A stretch of 64,000 nucleotides of DNA, taken from contig MU057357.1 of the NCBI GenBank assembly GCA_013239625.1, forward strand, positions 40,132,128-40,196,127. The letters run 5' to 3'. Positions 23,810-35,890 of this stretch are shown one piece after another. The stretch's first letter is position 1. Each line of letters begins with the position of its first letter. The notes beneath the pieces are model-generated. The model was not told the origin of the DNA. It made no database searches and saw nothing but the letters and a program-made list of their open reading frames with translations. This DNA is from Lama guanicoe (lineage: Eukaryota). The position numbers and the translations under genes were made by a program.

Positions 23810-26800
23810 GTAAGGGACGCGCCGCTGCCGGCGCCGAGGGCGCGACCGGGTTCCGGGGACTCAGGGCAGCGCCCGTGGAGAGTCCCGCGGCCGCCGGGGA
23901 CCTCGGGGAGGGGCTGGGCTGGACGGCGGGGCTCGGCAGCGCTGCTCGGCGCCGGGTGGGCACGGGCGGGGGCCGCGGGGACGTCGGGGCTGCGTCCGTT
24001 GCGGGCCGGGGCGGGATGCGCGGTCTCCTGTGGGGCGCGACTGGGCCCGGCGGCTCGCGGGTCCTGCCGGCCGGCGAATGGGGGAGGAAAGGGCTGCGGA
24101 CCGTGGGGCTCCGGATGCGGGCGCCTCCCGGGCTGGCGCGCTGCTGGGATCCACCGAGCCGGGGGCCGCCCGGGGGGCTTGGCCTCGCTCCTGCCGTAGG
24201 TACCCGCAGAGGGGCTTCGCTTGGATGTACTGGGGCCGTGTCTTTCCCCACCAGCGCAGGCGGATTGGGAATTTTGGGCATTCCCGGGTCCAGTTCCTGC
24301 CCTGGAACCGCCTCGCCTTCTTCGCTGGGGAATCGTGCCCATCCTGCAACTCGGCTTCCCAAATTCGCCTCCCGCCGGGTGCCCCAGGCTGGTGCTCGCG
24401 CTGCAGGCGGTGTAGACGCGCGCATTAGATGTGTGCAATGACCTTAGAGGACTTCCAGTCCCCGTCAGCGCTTTTCTCCCGGGGCCTCTCCCGAACTTTC
24501 CAGGCTTTAGTCTCACTCCCTTTACTTTTTTTTCTGTTAACATATTTTTCTTTTTAAAGAAGAAAAGTTAAAGAAAGTTGCAAGGGTAAGAGAAACCAGC
24601 TGACCCAGGCGGGGTGACCTAAATCTTCAACTCGTGGTTAGACCTTGAACTCGTTGAGATTAACAAAGGGTGTGTCTGAGGAACCGAGCCTGGCTAGGTC
24701 CTCTGGTCCTGCTTAATCTTAGAGGAATACATATTCCTTCCTGGGCCACGGGCTCCTTGCTTTATCTCAATTCTTCAGGAAGCCTCTCAAGCTGTCAGCA
24801 GTGACTGGGTGGACTTGGTCCCTTTTTCTGAAAATTGCGTGTCACTGTTGTCCCCGGGTAGTTACTGGACCCCACCCGCAATCGCTGGCCGCGTGTATTT
24901 CCAGACTTCTGGCGGTGCAGCCGCGGAGCCCCTGGGCAGAGTCCCGCCCTGGGTGGATTTTCTTTTGCGTTTCCCAAGGCAATTCCAAAACAATACGGTA
25001 GCTTCATTTTGAGTCGTTGGCTTATTTTCCCTCCTCAAAAATGCCCTTTTTTCTGTAATGGTAATACAACTCCAAAGAATTTTCATTTTCAGTTTGTATA
25101 AAATACCTTTTGACTTCTTGAGGTGAGAGATCCCGGCATAGGCCACCAGCATTTGCATCTTAATCCATTTTTACCGTGCTCACAACACTGCCTTCTACTC
25201 TTGCTGTGTATCTTTACCTGCCTGTCATCCCCACAAGGCTGAGTTTCTTAGGGACCAAAACCTCAGCCACCTATAGGATCTCATTACCTGTAGAGTGGAA
25301 TTGTGCAGACTAGACTCTGTAGATGTTATTAAACATTTTAATAACATCTTCTTCCTTGGGACCTACCCAAACCCAACCTCTGCCATAACTTTGGCTCCCT
25401 AAGCAGCACAAACTCTTAGGTGTGCGTGATGTAGAGCAAAAAGATTTGTAAGCAAGGTACGATCAGATTCTGGTATGTTTAGAGGCAGTGAGATTAATTC
25501 CAGCTGTAGAGATTGATGCCTTCTTTTATGTGTGTGTTCATTTCCCCAGTTTCGTGTCTATGTGTTCAATCACTTTCTGGTGCCCTTAGGCATTTGTTGT
25601 ATATTGTGCAACTTGAGCCTTACTGATCTCATCCAAGAAATGGGGTAAATAACCTTTGTTCTTTCTCCATCTCACCATGTGAGGATCAAGTGGGATACTG
25701 GCGTGTGAAACAGCAGAAAGCAGTAGAGCACGACACGTTAGAGGGCCACCCAGACAGCATGCAGTGCGTGGCATCAAGACACAAGAGCAGTAAAGAGCTA
25801 AAGGAGGGGGACAGGGGCAGTGAAGAGAAGGCAGTATGCCTTGCCTTTTAAACATACTGTCTCTGTTGCGCTGGCCAGCAATGAGCCCGCTTTTGTGGGA
25901 AGTATTCGTTACTGGGTCTGTGTCACTGTCTTAGACATTTCAGGGTGTTCCTAACTACAGTTGTAATTTTAGGAACATGTATGGTTTCTACAATGCACAT
26001 GAGGAGAACAGAACTAAACAAAAGTGTTTTTTTGTTGTTGTTGCTGTAATCCCATCACTTTTAAGCATCTGATATTTGGGATTCTGTTGCCCAGAGTTGT
26101 CATCTTCCTGAAGCCTGCCCTCCCTTAAGGTCTACCAAATTCTTAATGATTTTCATACAGAGGTCTCTCTGCCACTGCCGCCTGGCAGTCTACATTTATG
26201 CTTCAGTACTGGAAGGTTTGGTAGGCTCATGCCTGTGAATAACCAGGACCCAAATATATGGTTTCCAGTCAGGCCAGATACTCATACAGCATTGAGGGTC
26301 CCTGTTAGGGATCACCGCTGTGCCCTGTGCTAGGGGTAGGAGGGGAGACCTAGCTCAGAAGAGATGGAGTTTCCCCCTGAACACTTACCTTCTGGTAGAG
26401 ATGAGACATGGTTTCAAACAGCAGGAAAGCAAGGCAGAATGTGGTAAATAAGATAAAAATGGTACAGATCAAATGCAGGGAATTTAGAGGAGAGTGAAAT
26501 TACTTCCAGCTGGAGGGAACCAGTCCTTCACTCTTTTGTCCAACTAACATATTAAGTGTCTACCATGTGCCAGGCATGGGCAGATTAATAGGCCCTTGTA
26601 CACTGTGTTCCAGCTTCATGGCTCCGATTGAGGAACAGTCCAGGTTCTGCCTCCCTGGCCTCCCTGGGAGAAATGAACACTTCCCCATTGCCCAGCCCAA
26701 CATTTATCAATTGTTCCTCACCTTGTAGAGATTACGGTTAGGTCAAAATAATTAACTCTGCCTCTTGTGTACTTTGGAACAATAAAAACTTGAGGCTCAC

Positions 26801-26899
26801 CAAATTCCCCAGAAAACCTTCAATTAGTTGAGTAATGCTATTCAGCCTAACAAACTTTCACGAGTATTGAAGTATGCTGGTCGTTAGCCATGAGTGTGA

Positions 26900-27225
26900 C
26901 TGGAAGCGTATAAAGGCTTGCTTCTGTAAGGCCGGGGTGAGGCCCAGGAATCTGTTGTTGAAAGCCCCCAGGTGATGCTGGCCTGCTGCCACCTACAGAG
27001 CTCCCTAGAGGTTAAAGCACCGGCCAAGGGGTCAGGCAAATCTTGCTCCAGTCCCACTTCTGTCTTTTACATATTCTGTGACTTCTGTCTCTTTATCTTT
27101 AAAATCAGAGAGCTGCCTCTGCCTGAGAGGTGGTTGTGAGAGTCGGATGAAGTCATGGATGTGGATCACAGCAGGTTATCCAGGACCGTGCTTCTGCTTG
27201 GCATTTGTGGGTTATTATTATTGTC
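26900..27225. mobile_element. MER5-type fragment followed by MIR
   Basis: ggggtgaggcccaggaatctg...cccccaggtgatgctg, then MIR-like ttatctttaaaat...ggtggttgtgag. Confidence 0.55.
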
Positions 27226-30200
27226 AGTGTCAGTTTGTGCACTCTTATCATGTGGAAATACAAAAGGAGCCTAAACATAGGAACTGCTTTTTGTATAAAA
27301 TAACCACATAATGAGCCCTCAGCTGTCTGTAGTTTATTGAGTGTTTCATACTAATTACTTCATGTCTTCTCTTAACGTTGAGGAGGAGGAATGTCACCAA
27401 GGAGAAAGTCGGTATTGGGGGCTACCAGCCTGAGGTATCTGCTTAGCTGGTCCAGCTACTCTGCTGAGATGATTGGGGCAGATGAAGGGTGGGAAAGAAG
27501 AGCCCTGCTACTTTCCTGGCCCTTTGGCGCCAGGCAGTGCCAGGGTAACGTGATGGTGGTGGTCACACAGTGGCCCTCGTCCTTGTGCGGGTGACCAGGG
27601 GGACTACCAGCCCCAGGCCAACCTGCTTTGGTCACAGGTAAAGCACCCAGGCCGCAGGGTGGGAGCAACACTGCTCTGGTGTTCTCTCGTGGTGGGTGGT
27701 GGAAAGGAAACGTTGACTGATTTCTGGGGAGCCTGCTCAGCACTGCGGGCTTCAGGTCAGGCTGCAATACTTGGCGAGAAGTCAAAATAATTGACTTCGC
27801 TAATACTCGATAGAAGAAGAACACAGCGAAAATAAACAGAAGACACGATCACCTACAAATTTCATTAGTTTAGTGGCATTGATGAACATGGTTCACGTTG
27901 TAAAAATATGTTTCTTAGGAAAAGCTGAAGCGCTCTCTTCTCCAGAAGCCGGTTCCTCCCTCTTCTTAGTTAATTCCGTGGCTATTTGTTTGGGACCCCC
28001 TGTGGCTGGAAATCCACTCTGTCCTGTGTTGGAGTCACTTGCCTGTGCTTTTTCTCCCTCATTAGATTGTAAACCCTTTCAAGGCAATAACTTACACTTT
28101 TTCTTTTGCGGTTCTCTCAAAAAGGATAGGTTCTTGTAGAGTAGCCCTCAATTAATGTTTGTTGAGTGGCTAAAGGTTTATTTCTGCCACGCTGGTTGTG
28201 AGGTTTGAGGTGAGGGAATTTTTCATGAAGGCAAAGTGGATCTTGATGTTGGTTTCTAAAGATGCTGGGAAACAAGTTTCACCCTAAGAGTGGGCCTTCA
28301 CCGTGATACGTGTAGGACATTACTTTTTATCATATACATAATAATCTTTAAACACTGCTTATTATTATATCTTCCAAATTAAACAATAACAATGATCTTA
28401 ATAATAAAGGAATGGGATTTTGTATTCTTCTGGGGAAGATGGGACTCGCTATAGTGGAACCTAAGAAGTGACATTTTCTAATCTAACACCTGTGCCTGGT
28501 TCACATGCACATTAATGAAGGTTGGGACTCTCCTACCCAGAATTTTCCATCTATTTCTTTGAACTAAGAAGTGATGCACAACCTGAAAAAGGAGTTTAAG
28601 CAAAACTGAAGGACACCATCCTCTCCCCAGACTGCCACAGACTCCTTTGTATTTGGAGGATAAATTGTTCTCTCAGGTCAGAGGTGTCTGCAGGAGGGAG
28701 GAAATGGTGAATAAAATGGGAAATTGAGGGCCAAATAGTTTCCTGGGCTGGATTACAGCTTAAAATAGAAGTTAATTTTATATATTTTCTGTTTTTCTCA
28801 CATAGGCAATACACATCTGTATCTGTTTTCATTATTTAAGTATTTTTTGTCTCATAAGCAATACTTGATTACTTTAAATCCTGTGCATGCAGTGTGTACA
28901 CCTTACTTCATTGTAACAGCTAAACACAGTTTGATCACAGTCCTCTATTCTCCCTCCTCCACCCCGTATATTTGAGACTGTGTTACATGGATATTGTTTG
29001 CATTTTGCTTGCCTGATTTTTCTAGTATTTCTTGGACCTATTGCTACTGTGTTCTTAATAGCTGTGTAGCATTCTGGTCAGGGTGGATATATATGCCGGT
29101 TTGTGTTCATACATGACCATCATCCCACCTGTTAGCTCTTGCTAATGATGCCCAGACAACTAGTCCCTTGAGTCAAGTCAAACACCAGCCAATTCAGTGA
29201 CAGCATCAGTGTAATCCTTTAGTTGGCATACACAGACAAGATGGGAAGTTGGTTCAATTTCTTGCTTTTCAACCACTTGTGTGTCACCTAGCCCATTTCT
29301 GTAACTTCCCAAGCGTTTTTCTATAGATGTGTGCCAAGGATTATGTCTATTGACTGAAGAATTTAGGTCTGGGAGGGACCAAGAATGAAATCTGGCCACA
29401 TCTTCGAGTGATGCAGTTTTGAAGTGTTGAACATATTATCAAATAATATTTCAGGAAACTCTGAGACTCCCCACCTTCTTCCCCCCACCAGGCAGAATTG
29501 ATTTTGAAAGCGGAGAACCTTCAGACCTTGGAGAAGATCTTGAGAAAACACATACCCTAGCTTTTTGTCCCCCAGAAATGTAAACAGTGAGATCAGTGTC
29601 TTAACCACAATAGTCTTGTGTTATGGGGATGGATATTTAAATAGTGGAGACAGATTGGCCTGAGATAAAAGAGGAGAAAAATGGGCTGTTCTTGAACAGC
29701 TCCTGTCCCGTAAGCAGCACATGTACGGGCTGCGAGAGGGACTTCCAGAAAGGACCACGAAGATGGATTGAGAGAGAAGTGGGGTGAGGGAGGGAGAATA
29801 AAAGAAGACCAAACCAGTTATCTTTCCCAGGTCCCAGGAAGCAGACTGAGGGACACTAAGACAAGTTTTCAGATGGAACTGAAATTTCTAATTCAAGTTT
29901 TGAGGGCCTGAACAAAGGCAAAGTAGTTGAAGGCTTTTAAAAAATCTTTTTAAAAAGTTGTAAACTAGTTTACTTTAGCAGTGCCTTTTTATCTGTCAGA
30001 GCCAGAATTTGATTGCTATGCATGGTTTAATAATCCAGAGCGTCAGTTTAAATAATCTCAGGTGTTGTGAGTAAAATTCCACACTATTCTTTTCCCTAGA
30101 GTTTTAGCACCGTTTAAAAAAAAAAAAGTCTCACATGTTGTTTGAGACAATTTCAAAAATTAGATCATTGTTAGAACTGGGGATTACTTTGTGTGATACT

Positions 30201-30669
30201 TTAAAAAGATATTGGAACTAGAAATTTATTAATTAAACATTGTAGCCCCCCCATTAATCGTCTCTCTTTGATGAAGAAATGGGAGAAGAAAAAGAGAAAA
30301 CAGTTCTCAATTGGTTAAAGGCTGTGCAGGAGGTATTACAGTATTATTTTACTATAACATTCCTTTCTGCACAGAATTTTTGTATACATCGTCTCTGCTC
30401 TGTTGTGATGAAACATGTCTCTTTGACGAGCCAGGAAGAGGCTTTTGTTAACCACCAGGCCAGGTGCTCAGGCTTTGTAATTCAGTCTTTGCTTCCATGT
30501 TTTTTGCTGAAAATGTGGCTCTGTCACTTTTAAAACAGTAAATTATAGTTTTTGCTTTGTTCAGATTACAAAAATATTATGTGCTTGATATAAATAAGAC
30601 ACAAAAGACAGAAGTATACAAAGAAAAAGTTAATAATTTTTCTTCTCTCTCAATTCTAACCACTCAAGG

Positions 30670-30800
30670 AGGGAGGGTATAGCTCAGCGGTAGAGTGTGT
30701 GCTAGCATGCACGCGGTCCTGGTTCAATTCCCAGTGCCTCCATTACAAAAAAATAATAAAATAAAGAAATAAACCTAATTAACTCCAGCCCCCCCAAATA
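30670..30800 (+). mobile_element. Vic-1-type SINE with 15-bp TSD
   Basis: gggagggtatagctcagcggtagag...ggttcaattcccagt, tail aaataaacctaatta. TSD tctaac(c/t)actcaagg at 30655-30669 and 30801-30815. Confidence 0.9.
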
Positions 30801-30941
30801 TCTAACTACTCAAGGTAATCAGTATTATCAGTTCAGGTTGTACTCAACTTTCTCTTTGCTTGCTTATAAAGCTCTACAAATATATATGCACATACACATT
30901 TTTTTTGTTGGAGATAGAAACATACACATTAGCCTACATGA

Positions 30942-31766
30942 TTTTTTTTTTGAGACAAACAAAATTGACATATAACATTGTGTAAATTTAAAGTATACAA
31001 CATGTTGGGGGAGGGTATAGCTCAAGTGGTAGAGCACATGCTTAGCATACACAGGGTCCTGGGTTCAATCCCCAGTACCTCCTCTAAAAATAAAATAAAT
31101 AAGTAAACCTAATTACCTACGCCCCCAAGGAAAAAATTAAAAAATAGATAAATAGAAAAAAAATAAAGTATGCAACGTGTTGATGTGGTACACTTAAGTT
31201 TTGTTAATGTGTTACCACCATAGGTTAGCTAACAGTCTATTATGTCATATAAATATTTCTTTTTAGTGATGAGAACATTTAAGATCTGGTCTCTTAGCAA
31301 CTTTCAAGTACATAAAACAGTATTGTTAACTATAATCACAGTACTGTGCATTAGGTCCCTGGAACTTACTCATCTTCCAACTGCAAATTTGTACTCTTTG
31401 ACTATCACCTTCCCGGTTCTCCTACTGCCCCTCTCTCCAGCCCCTGGTAACCACCATTCACTCTGTTTCTACAAGTTCAGCTTTTTTAGATTCCACATAT
31501 GTGAGGTCATACAGTATTTTTCCTTTTTCTGACTTATTTCATTTAGCATAATGCTCTCAAGATGAGTGGCCATGTTGTAACAAATGGCAGGATTTCCTTC
31601 TTTCTCCTGGCTGAATAATAATATTCCATTGTGTGCGTGTCATATTTTCTATATCCACTCGTCCACTGATTGTTAGATTGTTTTCTAACTCTTAGATTGT
31701 TTTCTTATCTTGGCTATTGTAAATAATGCTACAATAAACATGGGGGTGAAGGTATCTTTTTTGATA
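30942..31766 (-). mobile_element. L1MA-type 3' end with degenerate TSD, containing a Vic-1 SINE
   Basis: Poly-T start and antisense L1 3'UTR; flanks cctacatgattttt / cccacaagattttt; lies within an older L1ME-like tract (~30530-32090). Confidence 0.85.
31007..31164 (+). mobile_element. Vic-1-type SINE with 17-bp TSD
   Basis: ggggagggtatagctcaagtggtagagcacatgcttagcat...gggttcaatccccagtacc. TSD aaagtat(a/g)caac(a/g)tgtt at 30990-31006 and 31165-31181. Confidence 0.92.
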
Positions 31767-34700
31767 CCCACAAGATTTTTTTTAACATAACAAAACATCA
31801 TAGACATTCTTTCCAAATTATAAAAAGTTATTTATATTATAGCAGATTAATATTGTATAATTTAACCATTCAGATTGTTTCAAGCTTTGTGGTATTAGAA
31901 CAGTTCTTCCGTGAACATCTGTGTGTTCAGAATGTACTAACATACGGAAGCTTTGATTTCTGTGAGAGTCCCTAAAGTGGTGTTACTTTCCAAAAGTTGT
32001 AGTAATTCACAGTCCTATTAAAACTGTTTGACTATCTGTTTCCCCATATCCTTGCCAGCATAATTCATTTTAGAAGTATAAACTTTCTAATCTCTTTTTC
32101 CTGTTTTGTTTCAAATGATTTCTTTAGGGAGTACTTGTCTCTTTCTTTACTTCTTCTTTTTTTTTTTTTTTTTTTTTTAATTTCTACCCATTTGAACTAT
32201 TCAAGTGGATATGCATATGGTTTGTCTTCTAAAACTGGAGAAGGAAAACTTGAGCCTAAGCTCATGGAGCTTAGTTGTTTTGCATTGAAATAAAACAAAA
32301 CACTTGATATCTGCTTATAACAAAATAAATACAGACCTTTTGATTACAATTTCTCTTTCTGAATTATATTATGTAAGAAATTGTCTTAGGAAATGTAAAT
32401 GTTTTAACGAGCAAAACAGAAACTTACAAAACACAAAGTTGGGGAATTTTAAAGGAGTTTTAAGCTTGCAACAGCTAACTGTGTTTCCCTCTTGAATCCT
32501 GAAGTCTGAAGACAAATGTTCTTTGAGAGCATTCGTTATAAGTGATGCTGAATTACATCAAGAGGAAAAAGTGAATCACAGCAGATAGGAATTGAAACCT
32601 GGAGGGCGGTTGAAAGCCCCTGCCCTTAGTGCTCCTGCTTGTTTTTCTGGGAGGTGAGACTAGATTCCATTGCTCCTGTCCTTGTAGTTGCTGAATTCAT
32701 TATACAATTATTTATATGTAGCTCCAGCAGTACACTGGCTAATCAGAAACAGCTGTACAACTGGATCTGTTTATGTGAACAGAATAACTGAATCAGTCCG
32801 CAAAATTTCTTGTATTTGAGTAGGTCGGGCCAACTTTGTGTAGCCCAGAATAATAACAGTGCTTTATAACTAACCTGACACAGATGGCAAAAAGATTGTG
32901 TCTGGGCTGCAGACGTTGGAGCTGAAAATTAGGAAACGCTGTGAGTCCTTGATAATAAATAATAAAGTGTTGCTCTATTTTTAATGTGAGTGTTTTAAAG
33001 GCTAGGAAGCTTCTTACAGGGACGTCCTGTTTGAAAAAGAAGGCATTAAAGAGGGGGGAAATAAAGGCATCAGAGTTGTACCCTCTGAGGGCTGGGGTGC
33101 CTGAATTAGGTAGCATTGTTTAGATCAGTGTCCCTTGTAAGGTAAGTTTGGACATTCTGCCAAACTGTCGGGGCTGAAACAAGCCAAGGGCCTCACTGTG
33201 GGAAAAGGCCACAGACTGGGTGGGCAAACAGACGTATCTGACTGGAGGGAGCCAACTAACGCGGGGAGAAGACACCAGGTCCCAGGCCATACTGAGGCTG
33301 AAGTCCTGGTCCATTGTGGCCAGAGGAATTCCTCAGAGTGTGTGTTTTTATGTAGAAACCAAAGGTCCACAGGAGCTGAGTGGGTTTGCAGGATGCAGCT
33401 ATGTCCATAGCGTTCTCACAGTCAGTCTTAAGGAGACATGAGTGCAGTAACTGGGAAGTCTGATGAGAACGAGGAGATCTCTAGACCCTGAGTCTCCAAG
33501 CGTGGCCCCGTCCTGTGGGACCCTGGACTCTCCACCACTCAGAAACAAGGTCTGGCTCCCAACTAGCCTGAGTCTTAAGACTGGACTGGGTTCTGGGTGC
33601 CTGGTTGGTAGGAGCTGCATTAGGTTTTAGCCAGAGAGCAGCCTAGTGAGGGAAAAAGGTGTCCAGGCTGGACTGGGCACATACCATGGTTTTGACATTG
33701 GAATTTGCAAACACTCATCTTCTTGGGGCCCCTACATCCCACCTTTGCTTTCACTCTGCTCCTAGTTTTGGATGTCCATCCGTCCTCAGAGATAGACTCT
33801 TGAAAATCAAGTCACTTCTGGGTTAAGACCTGATAGCAACTAGCTTATTAATTCCTTTTGCACTGAATCCTCTGCTAAAGGTAGAGTGGTACAGAGAAAA
33901 GAGCAGTAAAAGCAGTAGGCTAGGGGTTTACCACTTGTATTATAACCCCAGCTTTTTTGCCTGGTGGTCATGTGACCTTGACAACAATAAAACACTATGC
34001 AGAAGTAGAGCAGAGGAATCTGTGGGGATGGGGAGAAGGCTGAGGCCAGGACGGCAGCAATGCCCGTGATGGGACAGACCTGACACCTCCAGATAAGGCA
34101 CTGTCTAAACAATGCAGCTGTTAACATTTTAACTTATCAGTCAGAAATGTGATAAGTCTGAAATGTTACTTTGCCTGTTTCTGACTAAGTACTTGGTAAA
34201 TAAGGGTGAGAAATAGATGTCTATTCCATTTCTCATTTAGCTAAGACAGTACATCTGTGTTATGTGTAATAGATAAAGATCAAATCATATTTCAGCAGGT
34301 TTATCAAGTTCTTCATTTATACTTAAATCTCATTGTATACTTGAAAAAAGACCCATAGCTATTACCCTGAGATGCTTGTAAAGTTATTTGTGGGCATGGA
34401 ATGTGAGCCAGATGAGTCCAGGTCTGGCCAGCAGATCTTGTTTTATTTACATCCAGGGAGAATCACACTAGCCCACTATGTGCCTACACACTCCCATTAT
34501 ATTCACCCTTATTCTGTATTAGTGCACACTTGGTCACAACCCTGAAACCACCTGTCCTCACCGTCTACCACACACAAGTCCAAGTGTATGCACACACACA
34601 CATGCACACATACGTCATTGGCTTACCCTAGTTAAAGAGCACTTCAGATAGAGCCAGGAAGTACCAATCCTAAGTTTTGTTGGGAAAACATATGTATTGC

Positions 34701-35659
34701 TGAATTTTATATGCATCTGCCTTTGTAGCTTCCTAGAAGGCAGAGGTCATTGCTTGTAAGGGGTGCTTTGACTAGTCTCCAAACAAACACCACGTGCAGG
34801 TGACTGTAAGTGTGTGCTTTGGAGGATGTTCACAATGGTGGTGAGGATTCCCGGGGGTGGAAAAAAATACCCATGTGGGGCTTTGCCTTGGGAGTCCTGC
34901 AGTGACCGTTGATTGGTGCTTGTGAACATTGCTGGTTGAGTCTCTTGTTTGTATTTCTTACTCCTGGTCTGAGGAACAACACTGTTTTGGCTCAGAGGCC
35001 AAGAATGGCATCCGAGAAACTACACACTGCCGTTGCTTCCTGAGATTGGTTTTGACATTACAGGGTCTCTAGTTGTGCGTGGGAAGATCCCGGACCAACA
35101 CACTGGTAAATGGTGCCCCTGTGGACTTTCTGCTTTACAGGGAGGCTGAACCTTAAGACTGGTGCCCAAGGGAGTCCAGCCACCGTTTGTAGATAAGGTC
35201 GTGAGCAGGAGAAGATGCTGTGAGTTCCAGCCCAGATACCGAAGAGAGGATGGAGCTGTAGTGGAAACTTCCCCTATGTTGCCTTAAGCTCTGGCCCTGG
35301 CAACACAGAGGGAGACAGGAAAAGGGAGCGGATTCCTGGTGGTGGAGAGACTGCAGAGGTCAGCAGTGACAGCAGGGAAAGAATCTGGTGGTCCTGAGCT
35401 TCAGGGGGAAGCCCCGGCAGTGCGAGTGAAGGGACTAGGATCCTAAGCCTGCCCTGCAGGGGTGAGAAGCTCCCTGTCCCAAGGAGGTTGCTGGGTGGAG
35501 GCCCTGGAAATGCAGGGAAACGTGGTGAGCTGGACTAAGCTGTGGTCTGCCCTTGGAAAGAAGTCATCCAGAAACAGAAGTAAGAGGTTGCCTGCCTTCT
35601 CATGCTTACTCACAGACGTCAGGAATGAGTTCAGATTTCTAGTAATGGTGTTTGCTCAA

Positions 35660-35890
35660 GTAATAATAACAGCATCTGACACAGATATTGCATAGTGTGT
35701 ACCAGATAGTGTTCTGAATGTTCTGGATTAACTCACTGAATCCATATAACAACCCTGTGAGGTAGGCACTATTATCTTCATTTTACAGATGAGGAATTTA
35801 GGTTAGTCAACTTGCTGAGGTTCACATAGTTAACTGGGCAGAGTAGAGATTCAGTCCAGGCCGGGTGGCCTCAAGTCCACTCTGCCCCCA
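35660..35890 (-). mobile_element. MIR SINE
   Basis: aaccctgtgaggtaggcactattatcttcattttacagatgagga. Confidence 0.8.

Larger units (their letters stand above)
23500..24430. promoter_or_regulatory. CpG island / promoter
   Basis: Abrupt very high GC and CpG density against CpG-depleted flanks; GC boxes; palindromic E-box CCACATGTGG at 23615-23624; inverted CCAAT at 23124-23128 upstream. Confidence 0.95.

Noticed and set aside
23281-24543. Long overlapping ORFs (386 aa +, 371 aa -, others)
   Set aside because: Stop-codon scarcity in a CpG island. The translations are low-complexity G/A/R/P, occur in several frames on both strands, have non-ATG starts and no recognisable domain, and run through a strong splice donor.
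30670-31164. tRNA-like sequences (also 2243-2338)
   Set aside because: They have A-rich tails, TSDs where the flanks are visible, and degenerate stems: SINE copies, not tRNA genes.
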